A stretch of 64,000 nucleotides of DNA, taken from Eledone cirrhosa. Taxonomy: Eukaryota. The stretch covers positions 230,888,001 to 230,952,000 of the forward strand of contig OZ024743.1 of assembly GCA_964016885.1 (NCBI GenBank), in the 5' to 3' direction. Position 1 is the stretch's first letter. The number at the start of each line of letters is the position of its first letter. A program made the translations under genes and the position numbers. This document shows positions 1-12,208 of this stretch, one piece after another. Under the pieces are notes generated by a model. The model did not search any database. It was not told where the DNA came from and saw only the letters and a program-made list of their open reading frames with translations.

Positions 1-460
1 TACTGCCTCTGTAATTTGCCTAAACATTGCATCTTTTCTGTGTGTGGATTCTATTTTTATTTCTATGTTCTCTAATTTACCCTTGTGTTCTATCTTAGCA
101 TGTTGGTAGAGTACAGATCATTCTTTATTATCTTGAAGGTCTCGCCAGTGTTCATTTATCCGTTCCCCTATACTACGAGCTGTCTCACCTATGTACACTA
201 TATTTTTGTTTCTAAATTGTCCTTCAGTACATCTTATGCTATACACTACATTTCTAGTTTTACAGTTAATATGGGGGCTTATTTTACAGGTTATACATTT
301 CTTGTCTATGCATGAGGGTCTTTGGAACGGGTATGTCTTGCTAATAAGTGTTTTTACGGAGGTACCTGGTCTTTCTACTATCTTAATATTGAGTTTATGT
401 TTATTTAGGGCCCTTCTAAATTTGTAGGCTAGTTCGCCTCTAGGGGTTGTATTGATATCA

Positions 461-462
<2 letters not shown>
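1..462 (-). mobile_element. 5'-truncated Penelope-like element fragment (GIY-YIG endonuclease, Nematis-like), runs off window start
   Basis: ORF 118..465(-) reads CIDKKCITC..NCKTRNVVYSIRC..YIGETARSIGERINEHW; the frame continues past a stop codon; same family as 9091..9947; abuts (TA)n at 465..511. Confidence 0.9.
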
Positions 463-513
<51 letters not shown>

Positions 514-689
514 GAGTGAATTTCTTGGTCAGTGTCCAACTCTCAGACCCATAGAGCAGCACAGACTCCACTACAGCAATAAAGAGGCGGATTTTCAGGT
601 CTCCTCAAAGGTCCGACTTCCACACCGATCTCAAGCTGTGGCACGCCGCCCAGGCCTTGCTCTTCCTCACAACCACATCATCTTCCGTA

Positions 690-945
690 TTCCCAATCTT
701 TGCTCCCAAATACAGGAAGTGACACAGAGGAGACTGAGGTTAGCTGGACATGCTCACCGACATCCAGAGTTGACATTGCACTCAGTACTCCTTTGCGAGC
801 TCCTACATGGACACACTAGAAGAGAAATACCAAGGTTAACGTATGTTGATGCCCTAAGGACAGACACCGGTCTGTTGGAGACGCGGGACATGGCAGCGAT
901 AATGAGGGACAGAGACAGCTGGAGACAACTCGTCCATGGATTTCA
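690..945 (+). mobile_element. RTE-type LINE 3' fragment (RT C-terminus)
   Basis: Translation [49 protein letters not shown] matches the RLRxAGH..RGRP..W C-terminal pattern of RTE-like LINEs. Confidence 0.75.
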
Positions 946-964
946 GGAATTTTACCCGCCTTAG

Positions 965-1254
<290 letters not shown>

Positions 1255-1338
1255 GGTAAATTATTCCGGGTTGAATCGGAGGTGACCACAGTAAGTAAGG
1301 TACTCAATACATAGCAGAGTATAAAAGTTTTAATATAC

Positions 1339-1395
1339 ATGAGATTCTACAGGACTAGAACTGTTTCATTCTTTAGAAATCATCAGGAATGTCAT
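1339..1395 (-). ncRNA. Type I hammerhead ribozyme in a ~140-bp PLE-tail remnant (1255..1395) between TA runs
   Basis: Minus strand: atgacATTC-CTGATGA-tTTCtaaaGAAt-GAA-ACAG ttctagtc CTGT-A-GAATctcat; all three stems pair, GUA cleavage triplet. Confidence 0.8.
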
Positions 1396-1804
<409 letters not shown>

Positions 1805-2007
1805 GTATCGTGAGAGAGTATATTTTTAAAGGGATAAGCGATACATATTGTTAGTTGCCAAAAGCTGGTGCATTTGTGCTCAATACTTGTTCCTACAGGG
1901 TTAAATATCGGAAGGGTTAATATTTAGCGGGCGAGAATATAATCAGACCAATTACAAATGAAAGTATTACAAAGGAGAATACATACTGTTAGAACATGTT
2001 TATACAA

Positions 2008-2052
2008 ATGCACCTACGTACGTTTCGCCCGAACAGTGCTTCTCAAGGGCAT
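2008..2052 (-). ncRNA. Minimal type I hammerhead, U3:A8 core variant, in a probable PLE tail starting at 1802
   Basis: Minus strand: ATGCCC-TTGAGAA-gcactgttcgggc-GAA-ACGTACGT-A-GGtGCAT; palindromic stem III, one mismatch in stem II. Confidence 0.6.
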
Positions 2053-2629
2053 ACAAGTCTAGAGAGTGTTCAGCACATAACCCAGAAGGGGTTTTAAAGT
2101 GATAGTCACATCAAAGTTCATCTACAGCAGAGGAGAATCTGTGATAAACTGCAGACACAGAATACAGCAGTCATTCTATGGTTGGACCCCGGTTGAGACA
2201 TGAACACTATAAAGTGGATCACCCCTGCACCAAACCATAACACGCCGGTAGGTAGGTTGCTTAACTAAACATCTGTACCCCAACTATGCCTCTCAGATCC
2301 GGCCTGACTGGCCAGTAGTAAAGTAACACTCATAAAATAGTAATGGAAAACAACCATCATGCGAGCGGATAATAAGCAATTTGGGGAGATGTATTCAAAC
2401 ACCGGCCAGAGTTACTCCCCTTGCTCTGTGACAATAACAACATGTCTGTTTGAATCAAGAATGAACTTTGACGCCTTTGGACCCCTTCCTTCCATGCTTA
2501 TGAGGAGTTAGAGTCTTTCCTCGAGATCTATGATATCTGGGATTGCCTCGATGCACTCCTGATCAGTTTTTATTAGCATTTGCATGCCTATTCCTGACCA
2601 GTTCTCTCTTCCCATTCTATGTATTTGCA

Positions 2630-3362
2630 GTGTGGTGGTCTTCTCCTCGATTCCAGCAAGTACAGACGCGGCCACCGAAGTTGGCAGGGACCTGGGCCAC
2701 TTTGACCCTCACGATTTTGTGCCCGCTGTAGGAGGGCACCAGACTATCTCCTCACACTTTAGGGTTTCCAAAGGGTTTCCAAAGGGTTTCCAAACTTTAG
2801 GGTTTTCTCTTGTGGGGTAGCGAAAATTACGTCTACTGTGGCGTACTTTTTGCCTCGGGTGATGTGGATTTTGCAGGCCCAGACGCAGCCGAAGGTCTTT
2901 TGGATTTGAGCCTCCGTGGCTCTCCTCACCCGCTGTGAAATTTTGCTTACGGTGCGGTAAGTCACCGTGCGCAGCTGCTGGTCTTTGAAGAAATCGGATG
3001 GAGGCTTCAGGGAAAATCTATTGTCAGTTCTTGTCACCATGGCTTTTGCGACTGCCATCTCTTCTTCCGTGACTAGCACTATCTTTATATTTCGGGCCAC
3101 ACCTGCGAAGGAAGTGACCCCTTTTTCAGCGGCGCCATTATTGTAGGCGCTACTGCTGCTACTGGTCTTGTTGTTGGTGCTGTCGCTGTTGCTACTGCTA
3201 CAAACGGTGTTGTTGGTGTTGTTGCTGTTGTCAATGTTGTAGTTAGTTGTGTTTTTGGTGCTACCGTTGTTACTCTTTTCGGTGCAATTTGTATTGTTGC
3301 TGTTGGTGTTGTCGTTGTTTATTTTCTTGTTAGTAGTGTTAATATCGTTGTTCCATTTGTTG
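2630..3362 (-). mobile_element. Tx1/L1-clade LINE ORF1 5' fragment
   Basis: Open frame ~3362..2759: Asn/Thr/Ser-rich N-terminus, SFAGVAR, then ITRGKKYATVDVIFAT; after a frameshift LVPSYSGHKIVRVKVAQVP, an RRM-like pattern of L1/Tx1 ORF1. Confidence 0.55.
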
Positions 3363-3364
3363 TC

Positions 3365-3365
<1 letters not shown>

Positions 3366-3430
<65 letters not shown>
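3366..3430. repeat. (TAA)n microsatellite
   Basis: Seen directly. Confidence 0.97.
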
Positions 3431-3441
3431 GTAATAGTAGT

Positions 3442-3515
3442 AGTTTCAAAAGATCCCGTTAAGCGTGAAAGCAGAGATTATTTGCTTAAAATCTAATCTG
3501 TTATATTCATAAATA
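3442..3515 (+). mobile_element. Decayed fragment of the 266-bp HHR-bearing family (see 62468..62810)
   Basis: agtttcaaaagatcccgttaagcgtgaaagcagagattatttgcttaaaat aligns to 62650..62720. Confidence 0.75.
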
Positions 3516-3520
3516 TATAC

Positions 3521-3567
<47 letters not shown>

Positions 3568-4252
3568 TTGTATTTTGTTTCTCGCGATGATTTTGCATAG
3601 ATACCACCACTTAAAATCCAGTTAGTAACCGTATACTATCGTATCATATGCCCAATGAATATAATAATATATTGAAACTGCAATCAAGTCATTTGGAAAA
3701 GTGATTGAAACAGTTGTTAGAAAACATTCTTAAGGATATTGCTATTATTTCTATTGTTCTTGTGGTAGCGAACTGGCAATATTGTTAGAATATCGGACAA
3801 AATGCTCTGCAATATTCATTCCGTCTCTCTAAGATCTCAATTTAAATAGTACCGACGTCAAATTCGGTTCTCGTTTCGTTGAATCCAATAAACAAAAATT
3901 ACTCGTCCAGTAATGAGGTCCATTCTTCCGGTCGCTTTCTCCATCTGGAAGAAATGGGTTGAGTTCAAACATTGAGAGGGATGGTTTCAGCTAGGTTTAA
4001 ATGCTCTATGAGTCCATCAGAAATTATAGGTCTTGGCATGGAATGTTGTTATTACCATTATAGTTATTGTTATTTTGATGTTCATACCTGGGAATGGTAA
4101 AGGAAAAAAGAACAACAATATATGATTCGTAAAGTAAAGAATAAATAAAGAGCAAGAATAATTCGAAAGAAGTTAAAATATAAATGCAAAAAAAAAGAAT
4201 TTGAAAGTTTAGAATCATATCTGCCTGCTATCTTAATTTGTCGTATTATTTT

Positions 4253-4548
4253 TGGTGGATTGGCAGTATCGGTAGAGGGTCGATAAAATAAAGTACCAGT
4301 AATACACTGGTTAATTGCTGGCCTCGTGCCAAAAGTAGAAAAAAATATTTTTTTAAGTGCAGTGGATTGGCAGTATCGGTAGAGGGTCGGATGCCATGCA
4401 TTGACGCATAGAATTACGGCCCTTGCCATTCTAGGTTCAAATCACGCCGAGATTAACTTTGCCTTTCATCCTTACGGGGTCGATAAAATAAAGTACTAGT
4501 AATGCACTGGGTAATTGCTGGCCTTATGCCAAAAGTAGCAACAATTAT
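4253..4548 (+). mobile_element. Two tandem copies of a tRNA-headed SINE (first internally deleted)
   Basis: Head GGTGGATTGGCAGTATCGGTAGAG (box A-like), GGTTCAAATC (box B), body GCCTTTCATCCTTACGGGGTCGATAAAATAAAGTAC, tail GCCAAAAGTAG..AATTATT; first copy deleted between two GGGTCG motifs. Confidence 0.85.
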
Positions 4549-4842
4549 TTTTTAAAATTAAAACTTACCGTTCCTGTTGATGTTCTGTACGGTGGTAGTT
4601 ATTGCGGTTGTCGTTTCTGACGTCGCTGTTGTATAAGATGTTGTTCTTACTGTGCATGTTATGGGACTTTAACTCAATTTTCGATTCCCAAATGGCACAA
4701 TGAAACAATCGTTATATATCTTTATGACTGCTACATCTTATTTGATATATTATAGTCCGTTACACAGTAAACATACATACATACATGTATATATAGATGC
4801 ATACACGCATGCAAACATACATACAAACACACACATACACAC

Positions 4843-4947
<105 letters not shown>

Positions 4948-4991
4948 CTATATCTATATATATGAACAAACACACAGAGACACACACACAA

Positions 4992-5064
<73 letters not shown>

Positions 5065-5470
5065 TAATGAGAGAAAGAGAGAGATGCATAGCCGTGTTGT
5101 TTGTGCGTGTTTGTACATATATGGCCAGGAAAGCATGTGTATGTATTCTCTATTTTCTAAACTATTGCTATTGATAGTGGTATTGCTATTTTTCTCATTC
5201 TAGTTTTTTGTCTTTAATTTTCTCACAGGTCTGTCTCGGCTGATTATTCGACAAGTTAATCACATGTATGAGAACTGTCGTCTAAATTATTGCACGAGTG
5301 TTTAGAAGCTTTTCTTTGTATTTTGTGTTCGTACTTCTTTCTACTCACTCTATTTCATTCTTCTTCCCTCTGTCCTCTGTTTATTTCTTCATTCATTCCG
5401 TTTGTCGTTTTAATTTGGGTGTTTGAATATTATTCGCTAATATATATATATATGTATGTATATATGTATG

Positions 5471-5651
<181 letters not shown>

Positions 5652-5695
5652 GTATATACATACACATAAATATATGTATATATATATGTATATAT

Positions 5696-5729
<34 letters not shown>

Positions 5730-8371
5730 ATATTCAAACACATACATACCGATATATGTATATCAACATATATGTATATATATACATGTGTGTGTGTGTT
5801 TGTTTGTGTGTGTGCGTGTGTGTGTGTATATGTGTCTATATGTGTGTGCATGTGTGCATGTGTGTGTGTGTGCGCGCGCGCGTGTATGTGTGCGTGCGTG
5901 CTCGCGGTTGTGTTGATTTTCCCTCTCTTCTGTTATTCTCTTCTTGTACTTGTGGTTCTTGCTTACAACGTTGTCGCTATCACTGAGTCTTCTTTATCTT
6001 TTTTTTTTTTGTTTCTCCACTCTCTAAACATTAGTTTTCAGTTTTGCTTTTGTTATAATGGTTTTGTAATTATAATTGTAACTCTTGTTGGTGTATTTGT
6101 TTTATTCACATGTTCACTCTTTCTTTGTATTTTTCCTCCAATGCTATAACCAGTTTTCTTGTTTATTATCTCACACATTCTAAAAACACTTGTTTCTTGT
6201 CATGATACATACCAAATGATCTATACCTGACGCTTTCGTATATTACTATTTTTTTTATTCGCTGCTGAGCAACGCAGATTTCTTTTCAAAATCACTCCAC
6301 GGAGCGAAGTATGTTTACTCTAAAGAATAGAGATTATGTTTTTTTAAAATTATACACAGATAGCTTCGAAGAAGTTACGGTAGTCGCAGGCATTCAGATT
6401 TCAGACGGAAACTTAAAATTTATCTTCTTTTTTAAATAAATTTAATTCTTTATTTTCATGACTTTTATATAGAGAGAAACGCATCTGAAAACCCTATGAC
6501 ACGTATATCTAAAAAGCTACCATATACACAACACGTGAAACAAACATAAAACAGAAACTAAATTTGTACTTTACTTGCCCTCTAAATATATATGCTGAAA
6601 ATGGAAACGATAAACATTCCAGTTATGTATACTATATCAAGGAAATCTCTACACCGTAACCCTTTTTGCGTTTGTTTAAGGTACAAAAATTCCAAAGTGT
6701 TAGTCGATCCGATCCTTTTTATTTTAAATCATTATAGGACAATGCAATAGAAATCAATAATATTGTTATGAATCAATGAGGCGTAAAGTGCAGGTTAATT
6801 TCTCGAATAAACTGTTCCGTTGTCCGAAAAATGTTAATACTAGTCCACAGCAATAATGAAGAAATTCATATGACGGAGGATTATGCGACGGAGGATAAAT
6901 ACTCGGACACGTGCACCCTGACTTAGACCTCCAGGAGTTTCAGCATGAAATAGTATGTGAAAAGGATAGCCCTTTGAAACTAACTTTTACTAACTATATG
7001 TAGCGGACCAATAGGAAATTATGTGTCATAACTCATTACCGTTCGTCGAACTTACAAGCATGCAATCGTGAAGCGAACACCCTAAGCCATGGGTCATGCG
7101 TCACTCCATTTGGCCGCATTACAGCTCCTACGAAGTCAGTCTTATTTTGAAATAGTTTCCACCCTACCAATCTATATTGAAACACACTTTAACAAAGCTA
7201 CTTTAGCAAATATCTCCGCCTTTAGATGGCTGAGTGTTTTTTAAGGATTGCTTCGCTGCTATATATAGCATGTCAAGTGACGACAAAAATGACTTCGTAA
7301 CTGCTAGTTTCTTAAATTGATTGTATGGTTCATTTATTAGTGTCGTATATTTTCGCTGTTCTGTCGCTTTTCGGCCAAATATTTTCGATAAATGTAATCA
7401 GTCGATGGGCTGTAACCTCGGAGAATACGTAGGATGGACGATTAGTCTTTTGCGTCACAATCTTGTATAAGTACATCTTCAACACGTGTCAGTCCATGTA
7501 TTTGTCCGTGGTAATGTCTGTCAACTCACTGAAATATATGAAGCTGAAGGCATTGTGACATTTTCATGTGGTTGAATTACCATTGTTTTAAGTTTTAACA
7601 ATTGTTTACTGTTGGAAACAGACACTCGCATGAACCGTTTTGACACGTGCTACAAAACATTACTTTACTTCTATTCCACCGAAAGAAAATCAACGTTCAC
7701 GAACCTAAAATACTAAATGTCTCCTTCTCATATCACTTATGTCTAGGTTGACTTCTTCTTTAATTGTTGTTCTCATGGGTGTCTTTTGAAGTCGCTTATC
7801 TTATGAGAGATATATCTAAACGTAAGATTCTCTTTTCAAGTTCATCATTATTCTTTAGGGAATGTATTTTTCGCTGGTGAAGTACAACCATACCACATTC
7901 ATTTCGTTTCGGCAGATATTCTTACGTCCAATTGTCACCATTCAGAAAGGTTTGCGTGGAAATGTATAATATCTCTATTATATTTTTCCATCGTTGTCAT
8001 CATTTTGGCTGTTTCTCATAAAATTATCACCACTATCACCATCGTATCTAAATTACTATTAAATGTTTTGTTCTTAGTTTGTCATTATTGATCACGTGAA
8101 CATCTTTGTTGGTGGTGGTTATTACTATTCTTCTTCATAATACTCATGATTCTCATTTTACATTCCTCTCCTCAATAGACTGCTAGCACTGCTATGGGAA
8201 TAGTCAACACCGTCACTCGTAAAATTCTTGTAATTAATTTATGAAGCGCGAAGAGAAAACATATGAGAATTTAACAATAATTCCTGCCGTCAATTTATTA
8301 CATACACCGCGCCCACTCATACAAAATACATATATATGCATGTATATATTCATATACATACATATATATAA

Positions 8372-8416
<45 letters not shown>

Positions 8417-8425
8417 TAGTTATAT

Positions 8426-8805
8426 ATTGGGAAGGTCAGGCTGCACAAAAAACACACACGCACCTGTTGGTCTGCAGTTCAATTTATTATAAGTTGACTG
8501 CTTGGTTCGATAAACGGATGTTTTTTTTAATATATTATCAAAGCTCTTTTGTCACACATTCTGTGAACTTTTCAATGACTAGGTTTTTATTGTGTGTCTT
8601 TCCTTTCATCTGTCCTGCACCATCAATTTTGTGTTGTGCGTTTAGTTTACGTATGCGTTACATCCGGGTGTGAGTGTGTGTGTATGTTTTTATTTATTTA
8701 TTTATGTTATTATTTACTTGTAACTAGTTGGATATCTGTTCCATCTGTGTGTGTCTGATTTGTTTTGTTAGTTTGCATTCTTTATGTGTCTGTATGTCTA
8801 CATTT

Positions 8806-8808
<3 letters not shown>
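8426..8808 (-). mobile_element. Older 3' UTR fragment of the Nematis-like PLE family with decayed HHR (8537..8579)
   Basis: Aligns by eye with 9100..9490; flanked by TA runs. Confidence 0.7.
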
Positions 8809-8860
<52 letters not shown>

Positions 8861-8862
<2 letters not shown>

Positions 8863-9051
8863 CGAAGGAAATGTGGTAAGGAACCAGGTGGACCATAACG
8901 CACCAAAGTACTCAATACTTGAGGTAGTAGAGTGGGTAATAGGAACCAGTAAGACCCCGACAGCTGAGCTCAAGCCGTTTCGACGGCTAATTCTGGACGC
9001 AGAATTAGCCGTCAAAACGGCTTGAGCTCAGCTGTCGGGGTCTTACTGGTT

Positions 9052-9056
<5 letters not shown>
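8861..9056 (-). mobile_element. Short non-coding element with terminal 57-bp-arm hairpin, copy 1
   Basis: Arms 8939..8995 and 9000..9056 with 1 mismatch, loop GACG; TA runs on both sides; homologous to 16907..17101 and 16152..16305. Confidence 0.9.
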
Positions 9057-9090
<34 letters not shown>

Positions 9091-9094
<4 letters not shown>

Positions 9095-10095
9095 ATGCTT
9101 TGGGCGGGTCATGTTGTCAATAAGAAACACACGAACCAGTGTGCTTTCACTTCAATTTATTATAAGTTAAATTTATAAACTTAAGAATTTATAAATTTAT
9201 AAACTTCCGTTTGGTTGGTTGGTTCCACAACCGGACGGTTGTTCATATATTGTCAAAGTTCGTTCGTCACACACTCTGTGACCTCTTCAGTGACTGGGGA
9301 TTCTTTAATTTGTTTTTGTGCCTCTCCTTTGTTCTGTCCTACGCCATCTTGTTTGTGTGTGTGTTGTGTGCTTAGTTTGCGCGTGTGTTACATCATGGCG
9401 TCTGTGTGTGTTTATATTTGTTTATTTATTTGTTTATTTACATGTTACTGGTTGGTTGATTGTTCTATGTTTCTGTGTGTTTTCATTTTGTCCTTAATTG
9501 TAAGTTGTGATGTTGCTATTCCATTCATGTTTTCTATTTAATATTGGTTGGAGTTCATTTATGTTTATTGCCTGTGTCATTTGTCTAAACATTGCGTCTT
9601 TTCTGTGTGTAGATTCTACTTTTATTTCTATGTTCTCTAATTTACCCTTATGTTCTATTTTAGCATGTTGGTTGAGTACAGAGGATTCTTTTCTATCTTG
9701 AAGCTCTCGCCAGTGTTCATTTGTCCGTTCTCCTATACTACGAGCTTTCTCACCTATGTACACTATATTCTTATCTCTACATTGTCCTTCAGTACATTTG
9801 ATGCTATATACTAGATTTTTAGTTTTACAGTTAATATGGGGGCTTAGTTTACAGATGATACATTTCTTATCTATACAGGGAGGTCTTTGAAAAGGGTATG
9901 TATTGCTAATAAGTGTGTTTATGGATGTACCTCGTCTTTCTACTATCCAACCAACCGGAAATTTATAAATTTATAAATTCTTAAATTTATAAATATAACT
10001 TATGATAAATTTGAGTGAAAGTAACTGGTGCGTGTGTTTCTTATTGGCAACATGACCCTCCCAAAGCATAACAATATCGGTTTCAACACACGTTT
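9091..10095 (-). mobile_element. Nematis-like PLE, head-to-head inverted insertion (long arm 9091..9947 minus, short arm 9947..10095 plus)
   Basis: GIY-YIG ORF 9494..9763 (YIGEKARSIGERTNEH..LNRKHEW); 9947..10075 is the reverse complement of 9091..9220; flanked by TA. Confidence 0.9.
9252..9294 (-). ncRNA. Minimal type I hammerhead in PLE 3' region
   Basis: GTCA-CTGAAGA-g-GTCAC agagtgt GTGAC-GAAc-GAAC-TT-TGAC; the homolog at 16613..16655 supplies GAAA. Confidence 0.65.
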
Positions 10096-10110
10096 GTATA
10101 TATATGTATA

Positions 10111-10685
10111 CTGACGTACAGTCGTATTATATATATATATACATACATGCACACATATATATATGTACGTATGGATTCACCGAACATTTATTATAATGCT
10201 CGGTGTGTTTGTAAACAAACATCCCGTATTAAGCCGTAGTGTCTTGCAACCATCGTTGCTCGTTTGTTCAACACTGACAAATGTACGCTGTACTAGTTTC
10301 AAGCTTATTAGATATCGTCAGCAACGTATACCTTCCTGCCAGATGATTGAATGTCTGAAAGTATATACTTTCCTTATGCATATTAACGGCTGAGCAGCCT
10401 AATTTGCATATCGAGTGGGTTAATCGGCCGCGTGCACCGAAAACGATAAACGGAACAAATTAAACGAAATTTCATTTCCCACTCTTAGTACGGCTGTTAC
10501 TTAAATATAAGTATGTATATGTACATACATATATGTATACATACGTACAGTAGTATGTATATATATATATACATACATGCACACACACATATATATATAT
10601 ATACGCATGGATTCACTGAACATTTATTATAATGCTCTGTGTGTTTGGAAACAAACATCCTGTATTAAGCCGTAGTGTCTAGCAT
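10111..10685 (-). mobile_element. Partially tandem (~435-bp unit) non-coding HHR element, retrozyme-like
   Basis: 10115..10243 is repeated at ~10544..10680; HHR at 10284..10328; second dispersed copy at 49775..50118. Confidence 0.7.
10284..10328 (-). ncRNA. Minimal type I hammerhead
   Basis: TACGTTG-CTGACGA-tatctaataagctt-GAA-ACTAGT-A-CAGCGTA; palindromic stem III, GUA triplet, weak stem II. Confidence 0.7.
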
Positions 10686-11258
10686 CAGTTTCGTATTTAC
10701 AGAGTGGAATGGATGCGACATAGATTACAAAAGAATTGTACAATTACAATTAAAAATTAAAAATTAAATATATATACGTATAGTATATATGGGTGTGAAT
10801 GTATTTGTGTGTGTGTGTGAGTATGCATATGTGTATATCATAATAAAAATAAAGCACTCCACCACCCTTCTTACTTGATAAAAGACCAAGATTCATAGAA
10901 AGTCACTGAGTTGCAGATGAAGTAACATATTTGCAGCTTCAGGTCACGACTTACGGCGGCTTCATACAATTATAATGATAACAATGATTTCTAGCCTCAG
11001 CACAACGGCAGCTAATTCATCGCAGGGTAAGATCGATTAAGTAAACTTCCATGTCTCACACTTACCGTATATATTTACAAATAGAAGCGGAAGTATTATA
11101 AGATATCGATGATAAAATTTGGTCGATTTATATTCGAGGTAAATATTGTTATTGTTATAAACTTCTAATTCTACGCATATAAACTGCTAAACCATTTGGA
11201 GTGTTTTTTTCACAATGAAACACTGTTTTTCTACATTTATTATATCATCATGATGCCT

Positions 11259-11475
11259 GTGGATTGGCAGTATCGGTACAGCGTCGGGCGCCCTGCTTTG
11301 CAGCATAGAGTTACGCCCCTTTTCGGTCTGAGTTCAAATCCCGCCCAGGTTAGCTTTGCCTTTCATCCTTACGGGGTCGATAAAATTAAGCTCAAGTAAT
11401 GCACTGGGGGCGATTTAATCGATTTCCCCTCCTCCAAAGTTGCTGGACTTGTGCCTATAGTAGAAATAATTATAT
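11259..11475 (+). mobile_element. tRNA-headed SINE
   Basis: Same head, body and tail as 4362..4548. Confidence 0.85.
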
Positions 11476-11544
11476 TATCATAAGTTTTCTTTATGCATTG
11501 AGTTGAGAACGTTGCTAATAAACTTTTATTATTTGAAATTGGGT

Positions 11545-11733
11545 GGTGGATTGGTAGTATCAATAGAGTGTCGGACGCCATGCTTTGCAGCATAGAGTTA
11601 TGCCCTTTTATGGTCTGAGTTCAAATCCCGCCTTGGTTAACTTTGCCTTTCTTACTTACGGGGTCGATGAAATAAAGTACCAGTAATGCACTGAGATAAT
11701 TGCTGGCCTTGTGCCAAAAGTAGAAACAATTAT
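11545..11733 (+). mobile_element. tRNA-headed SINE with target-site duplication
   Basis: Full copy; ATTATTTGAAAT at 11528..11539 and 11729..11740. Confidence 0.88.
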
Positions 11734-12037
11734 TTGAAATGTTTAGAACATAAATATCCCCTCAACATGCACCTCTAAGCTAGATGGTTTGTAAACAGAA
11801 GGGCTGCCCTCCTATTGTGATAATGGAGGTAAAATTGTTTAGGATCTGTCGGTTTCCTATGCTATCTATGTTAGCCTGGATGGTGCTCCCCAATTGGCGA
11901 ACATTTATTGTTATGATTGTATTGTTTATTTTTATTTGCTATCTGCTTTTTACTCGATTGCATGTAGAGTACATCCAATCATGTTTTTATATTTTCCTTC
12001 ATTATTCGGTCCTTGTTACCAATAAATATATAATAAC

Positions 12038-12200
12038 GATTTCTACTATAGGCACAAGGCCAACAATTACTTTATTTAATCGAGCCCGTGAGGATGAAAA
12101 GCAAATATAACTTCGGCGAGAACTCATAACACAAAGGGCCGTAACTCTATGCCACAACAGATGCTGGCCGCCGGTCTACCGACACTTCCAATCCACCGTC
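12038..12200 (-). mobile_element. tRNA-headed SINE (diverged)
   Basis: Reverse complement matches the family head and tail. Confidence 0.75.
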
Positions 12201-12208
12201 CTAATAAT

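Noticed and set aside
4253-4450. tRNA genes at box A/box B motifs
   Set aside because: No cloverleaf; these are SINE heads continuous with a shared body and tail
4564-4670. Thr-rich exon candidate with GTAAGT donor on the minus strand
   Set aside because: No convincing acceptor, in-frame stop just upstream, low-complexity sequence
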